From Vulcanimicrobiota bacterium (GTDB lineage Bacteria > Vulcanimicrobiota > Vulcanimicrobiia > Vulcanimicrobiales > Vulcanimicrobiaceae), in contig CAVTCS010000003.1 of the NCBI GenBank assembly GCA_963733295.1, positions 128,001 to 192,000 of the forward strand: a stretch of DNA of 64,000 bases, given 5' to 3'. How positions within the stretch are numbered: position 1 is the first letter of the stretch; each line of letters opens with the position of its first letter. The notes beneath the pieces were generated by a model. The model saw nothing but the letters and a program-made list of their open reading frames with translations, was not told where the DNA came from and did no database searches. Both the position numbers and the translations under genes were made by a program. Below, one piece after another: positions 59,734 through 64,000 of this stretch.

Positions 59734-60035
59734 GCGCTCGCGTCGAACTCGATCCTGGGAGCGCGGCGCAAGCCGGGTCGGCCGCCTTGGCACCGGCCGC
59801 GTTGCAACCGGTCATCCTCGATCCGGACTCAGAACTCGGCCACGAGCTTCCGAACGACCATCCGCCTTGGCCCCGCGATACCGTCTCGCTCTCGCAGCGT
59901 GCGCGTGCCCTGCTCGCCACGCTCCGGCCGGTGATCGTGCGAGTCGTCACGTACTGGGAGCACCGCGTGCGCGCGCTGACCATCGGCGGCCGCACGCTCA
60001 CCGTCGACGTAAGCGGTTCGTACCGGATCGACTAA
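59730..60035 (+). CDS. Hypothetical protein
   Basis: GTGA overlap with the fliA stop; 101 aa containing a DTVSLS motif. Confidence 0.5.
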   Translation: MSARVELDPGSAAQAGSAALAPAALQPVILDPDSELGHELPNDHPPWPRDTVSLSQRARALLATLRPVIVRVVTYWEHRVRALTIGGRTLTVDVSGSYRID

Positions 60036-60054
60036 GTCCGCGCCTCGAGATTCG

Positions 60055-61935
60055 CTAGCGCAGGAAAGGTTCGATCTCTTCGCCGGCGCGCGACGGCTCG
60101 ACGCGGCCGCCGAGCGTCTTTGCGAGAAAAGCTTCCGCCGCGGCGGTGAAGCGCTTGTTGTTCGCGGGATCCGCAAAGCCGTGACCTTCGTCCTCAAAGA
60201 GCACGTAAGTGACGGGAACGTGATTGGCCCGCATCGCGGCGACGATCTGATCGCTCTCCTGCTGCTTGACGCGCGGATCGTTTGCACCTTGGGCGATGAG
60301 CAGTGGCACGCGAATCTTGTCGGCCAGGAAGAGCGGCGACTGTGAGTTCAGGAACTCTTCAGTGTCTCCCATCCGCTTGGTGAAGGTCGCTCGCTGCGTT
60401 TCCCAATACGGCGGAATCGAGGACAAGAGCGTGTTGAGGTTTGACGGACCGACGATATCGATTCCGCAGCAGAACGCCTCGGGCGTATACGTGACGGCCG
60501 CGAGCACGGCGTAGCCACCGTAGCTTCCGCCCATGATGGCGATCCGCTCCGGATCGGAGTAACCTTCCGCCACGGCCCAGTCTCGCGCGTCGAGGAGGTC
60601 CGTGCGCATCGCTCCGGCCCACGCCCGGTTGCCCGCGTTGAGAAAGGCTTTGCCGTAACCGGTCGAACCGCGAAAGTTCACCTGCAACACGGCGTAGCCG
60701 CGGTTGGCGAGCCACTGCACGTACGGATCGTAACCCCACTGATCGCGGTGCCAGGGACCGCCGTGCACGAGCAAGACGGTCGGCAGCTTGAGGGGTTCGA
60801 TTCCCACCGGCAGCGTCAGATAGCCGTGAATCTCCAGGCCGTCGCGTGCGGCAAAGGCGATCGGGCGCATCGGCGCGAGCTCGCGTTCGAGCAGTGCGGG
60901 CCGGCTATAGAACAGCAGCGTGCCGCGTTTCGTCGGACGGTCGAAGGCAAAGTACGCGGTCGGGCCCGAGTCCGAGCGGTAGTAAACGATCATCGTGTCG
61001 CCGTCGGCGCTCGCGCCGTCGATCCCGATGTCGCCCGCGTGCAGCTCGCGCAGCGCCGCGAAGTCCGCTTCGAAATCGGGGTCGAGCACCGTCCATTCGA
61101 TGCGGTCCCGTGAGACGGCGACGGCAACGAGCTTGCGTGAGGCCGGATCGATGTACACGTTTGAAACGTCGTAGGTCGGATCGGCGGCCGCGATGTCTTT
61201 CGCTCCGCTGGAGAGATCGTAGCGCACGAGCCGCGCCGCGTTCGCGTCCTTTGCCGAGATCACGTAGAGCGAGCGGTTGTCCGGCGAAAACGCGACCGGT
61301 CCGCCGAAGCCGTCCTCGAAGCTGAACTCGTCGAGGGTGCGCCAAGACGCAGCCGCATCGTCGCGAACGCGGATGAGCGAGGAGCCGTCGACATTCTGAA
61401 CGTGCGCGGCGCGAACGACGAACGCGTTGTCGTTCAGCCAGCCGCCGACGTCGCCGGGGTTCTGGGTGTCGAGTTCCTCCGTCCCGCTGTTGAGGTTCAG
61501 GCGGTACACGTCGAAGACGCGCTCGTCTCGCGCATTCGAAGCGATCAGAGCTTCCGTCGGAAAGCGCTCGTCGATGTCGAGCGGTTCGACCTTCACGCGC
61601 TCGCCCGGCGTCAGCTCCCGCGGTGCGCCCCCCTCGAGGTCGACCGAGAACAAGTGGTAGTTCTCGTTGCCTTTACTGTCTTGCAGGTAGAGCACGTGCC
61701 GGCTGTCGCCTTGCCAGAAGATGCGCGAGATGGGGCGCAGCGGATCGCGGGCTACGACCCGGTCGTCGTGCTCGCCGATCGTCCGGACCCAGACGCTAAG
61801 CATTCCCTCGCTCGGCGCGAGATATGCGAGACGCTTTGCGTCAGGCGAGATGCGAGGGCTCACTCTCTCAGGATTGCCGAAGAGCAGTTCGCGCGGAATC
61901 AGTGGGGGCAGCGTCGGGCGCGTGGTCGTGTCCAT
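60055..61935 (-). CDS. S9-family (prolyl oligopeptidase / acylaminoacyl) peptidase
   Basis: VHGGP, NFRGSTGYG, GGSYGG, QGANDPRV, DEGHG. Confidence 0.95.
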   Translation of the reverse strand: MDTTTRPTLPPLIPRELLFGNPERVSPRISPDAKRLAYLAPSEGMLSVWVRTIGEHDDRVVARDPLRPISRIFWQGDSRHVLYLQDSKGNENYHLFSVDLEGGAPRELTPGERVKVEPLDIDERFPTEALIASNARDERVFDVYRLNLNSGTEELDTQNPGDVGGWLNDNAFVVRAAHVQNVDGSSLIRVRDDAAASWRTLDEFSFEDGFGGPVAFSPDNRSLYVISAKDANAARLVRYDLSSGAKDIAAADPTYDVSNVYIDPASRKLVAVAVSRDRIEWTVLDPDFEADFAALRELHAGDIGIDGASADGDTMIVYYRSDSGPTAYFAFDRPTKRGTLLFYSRPALLERELAPMRPIAFAARDGLEIHGYLTLPVGIEPLKLPTVLLVHGGPWHRDQWGYDPYVQWLANRGYAVLQVNFRGSTGYGKAFLNAGNRAWAGAMRTDLLDARDWAVAEGYSDPERIAIMGGSYGGYAVLAAVTYTPEAFCCGIDIVGPSNLNTLLSSIPPYWETQRATFTKRMGDTEEFLNSQSPLFLADKIRVPLLIAQGANDPRVKQQESDQIVAAMRANHVPVTYVLFEDEGHGFADPANNKRFTAAAEAFLAKTLGGRVEPSRAGEEIEPFLR

Positions 61936-62090
61936 CCGGCCTCAGGTTTGCTACTCGCCGCCAATTTACATTGTGCCGAGGCTCAGGTGTGCGGCGGCAA
62001 CTGCGCGTTCATCTTCACTGAGTGCGGTGATGCAGGTTCGGCCTTCCAGCCTGGCGACTCGGTGATAGCGACGGGAAGGGCTCCCAAGTG

Positions 62091-62456
62091 CTACACGGCA
62101 CGTTTCCGTGGGGGAATCGCGCTCTTCCGGAAATCGATTCTCTTGATTCGATCGAGATCGCGCCTCAATTCTCGATCGTGCATCGCTTCCCAGAGATCGA
62201 TGTCTTGCTGTAGGTTCAACCAAAACTGCGCTGAAACGCCGAGCGCACGTTCAAGCCGGAGCGCAGTTCTCGAGGTTACCGCGCGTCGGCCATTGAGTAG
62301 TGCGTTCACTGACGGGCGATCCATCCCGATGGCGTTTGCGATATCTTGCTGCGTGAGACCTAGCGGCGTCAGAAACTCCTCGTTGAGCATCTCGCCCGGC
62401 GTGAAGGGGCGCCGATGCTTAGGGAGCGGCACGTCGGTCACGTCGTTGCGCTTCAT
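62091..62456 (-). CDS. higA: HigA-family antitoxin (Xre HTH)
   Basis: PGEML.EEFL.PLG, NGRR.VT..TALRL..ALG.SA.FWLNLQ. Confidence 0.92.
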   Translation of the reverse strand: MKRNDVTDVPLPKHRRPFTPGEMLNEEFLTPLGLTQQDIANAIGMDRPSVNALLNGRRAVTSRTALRLERALGVSAQFWLNLQQDIDLWEAMHDRELRRDLDRIKRIDFRKSAIPPRKRAV

Positions 62457-62557
62457 CAGTGATAGTCCTCAATCGTAATCGCGTCTGCGCCGTCGTCCGC
62501 CCACCGGAAAACGATACGGTACTGCTTGTCGATGCGAATGCTGTGATAACCTTCGCG
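62456..62557 (-). pseudogene. higB: HigB toxin C-terminal remnant
   Basis: REGYHSIRIDKQYRIVFRW..ITIEDYH-stop, TGATG overlap with higA; no start codon, N-terminal part missing. Confidence 0.85.
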
Positions 62558-62584
62558 CCGAACGCGGTTTACCGGACGGGCCTG

Positions 62585-63370
62585 CTACAGCGCGCTCAGC
62601 ACGTTCTCGATGAGGGTGGCGACGCGCTCGGCGCCGGCGCGCGCGATCTCGAGGACGTCCTCGTGCGAGACCTCGCTCGACGGGCCGATCGTATTCGTAA
62701 TCAGGCTGATGCCGAGCACGTCGAGACCGAGTGCCCGGGCCGCGATCGTCTCGACGACCATCGACATCCCTACGGCGTCCGCACCGAGCCGGCGAAGGGC
62801 GAGCGCTTCGGCGGCGGTCTCGTACGCCGGCCCGGGGACGCCGGCGTACACGCCTTCGCGCAGTGCGATCTCACCGGCGCGACTCCGCGCAAGCGCGCGG
62901 AGGTGCGGTGCGTACGCCTCGATCATGTTGAGGAACGGCTGCTGCTCGTGTCGTGGATCGAGAGGCGTCGTGCCGGTAAGGTTGAGATGATCCCGCACGA
63001 GCATGACGTCACCGCGCTCGAAGGTTTCGTTCAGGCCGCCGGCTGCATTCGTAAGCACGATCGTGCGCGCGCCGGCTCGGGCCGCGAGCCGGACGGCGTG
63101 TGACACGGCGCGCGCGGAGTGGCCTTCATACAGGTGAACGCGGCCGGCGAAGGCGACGACGCGCTTTCCGGCCCACGTGCCGGTAAGCGCTACCCCCGGA
63201 TGTCCGGGAATCCGGGCGCGCGGCACGCCGAGCTTGGCGTACGGAATCGCGCGGCCTTCGATCCGCGCTCGGGCGGCGTCCGACAGGCCGCTGCCAAGCA
63301 CGACGGCGACCTCGAGCGGTCCGCCGGCGCAGCGCTGCAGGCGCGTCGCGGCGACGGCAAGTTTCGACAT
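62585..63370 (-). CDS. punA: Purine-nucleoside phosphorylase (trimeric PNP family)
   Basis: VLGSGL, GR.H.YEG, TNAAGG, DHLN, GP.YET.AE, VGMS..E, SHEDV. Confidence 0.93.
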   Translation of the reverse strand: MSKLAVAATRLQRCAGGPLEVAVVLGSGLSDAARARIEGRAIPYAKLGVPRARIPGHPGVALTGTWAGKRVVAFAGRVHLYEGHSARAVSHAVRLAARAGARTIVLTNAAGGLNETFERGDVMLVRDHLNLTGTTPLDPRHEQQPFLNMIEAYAPHLRALARSRAGEIALREGVYAGVPGPAYETAAEALALRRLGADAVGMSMVVETIAARALGLDVLGISLITNTIGPSSEVSHEDVLEIARAGAERVATLIENVLSAL

Positions 63371-63373
63371 GAT

Positions 63374-63534
63374 AGTGCGCTGCCTCCGATATAGCTTTAC
63401 AGTCGCTCGGCGCTTTTCCGCCGCCGCTGCGTCGCTCCTCGCTCAAATGACGCTGTCATTCCACGCTCGTCGCTCCTTGCGGCTGCGAAAAATCGCTCTC
63501 GCTTGGTGTAAACCTATATCGGAGACAGCACACT
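63374..63534. mobile_element. MITE-like element, 161 bp, 28-bp imperfect terminal inverted repeats
   Basis: Left AGTGCGCTGCCTCCGATATAGCTTTACA (63374-63401) vs reverse complement of right (63507-63534) AGTGTGCTGTCTCCGATATAGGTTTACA, 25/28 identical; internal hairpin. Confidence 0.75.
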
Positions 63535-63543
63535 CGCGCGCTG

Positions 63544-63999
63544 TCAGCCGGACAACGTTGCGGCGACCGGCGTTAGCAGGTTGCGTCCGGTCATCTCGGG
63601 TGGAACCGGGACGCCGAGCAGCGGCAGAAGGGTCGGCGCGACGTCGGCGAGACGGCCGTCGGAGAGTTCGCCGAGTGCCTCGCGCGAGACGAGCACGAAC
63701 GGCACCGGGTTCGTCGTGTGAGCGGTCATCGGCTTGCCGTCTTTGTCGAGCTCCTCTTCGGCGTTGCCGTGATCGGCGGTTACCGCCAAGATGCCGTCGA
63801 CACCCAGAACCGCGTTCGCAAGGCGGCCGAGTTCGCGGTCGAGCACGTCAAGCGCGGCGATCGTCGCCTCCATCACGCCGGTATGTCCCACCATGTCGGC
63901 ATTCGCGTAGTTCATGACGATGACGTCGTGGGCGTTCCGCTCGACGTCGGCGACCGCGACGTCGGTGATCGCTTGAGCGCGCATCGCGGGAGCCAGGTC
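63544..63999 (-). CDS. gpmI: 2,3-BPG-independent phosphoglycerate mutase, C-terminal part (truncated by window edge)
   Basis: NYANADMVGHTG, TADHGNAE, TAHTTNPVP, LADVAPT, EMTG. Confidence 0.95.
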   Translation of the reverse strand, partial: DLAPAMRAQAITDVAVADVERNAHDVIVMNYANADMVGHTGVMEATIAALDVLDRELGRLANAVLGVDGILAVTADHGNAEEELDKDGKPMTAHTTNPVPFVLVSREALGELSDGRLADVAPTLLPLLGVPVPPEMTGRNLLTPVAATLSG

Positions 64000-64000
64000 G

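Noticed and set aside
59067..60035. 322-aa ORF as one protein
   Set aside because: Chimera of the fliA N-terminus, out-of-frame sequence and the next gene, created by the frame break

Overview
High-GC bacterial chromosomal window, mostly housekeeping and accessory genes. There is no integrase, transposase, prophage or CRISPR array. The gene mix (csaB and sepF/divIVA together with outer-membrane beta-barrels and flagellar genes) suggests a diderm Terrabacteria lineage such as Ca. Eremiobacterota; this is inference only. Contents in order: end of a cheA/cheY pair; a coiled-coil protein and an acyltransferase-3/Pro-rich protein behind a sigma28-like promoter; a TM0106-type nuclease-helicase whose stop codon lies inside tRNA-Val(TAC); a class A beta-lactamase in a TetR operon; an S8 protease; a Cyc2-like cytochrome-porin; a selenocysteine formate dehydrogenase operon (UGA + SECIS); hom-metY-metX; DUF5693-csaB-ileS; DAHP synthase; ilvE, tgt, rluD, lspA, ccdA, lgt; yggS-sepF-divIVA; flagellar genes; an S9 peptidase; higA with a decayed higB; PNP; gpmI. 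Best signals missed by the ORF track: (1) an apparently leaderless 21-aa leader peptide with a Tyr-Trp-Tyr-Trp-Phe run plus a terminator/antiterminator upstream of a DAHP synthase that lacks a regulatory domain; (2) Sec recoding that joins two ORFs into one FDH; (3) a Cyc2-like gene with a SirR/MntR-type palindrome; (4) a 161-bp MITE with 28-bp TIRs; (5) a structured, repeat-containing leader before the nuclease-helicase; (6) several +1 frame breaks coinciding with CCCGG/CCGGG. All family calls come from motif recognition, not database searches.
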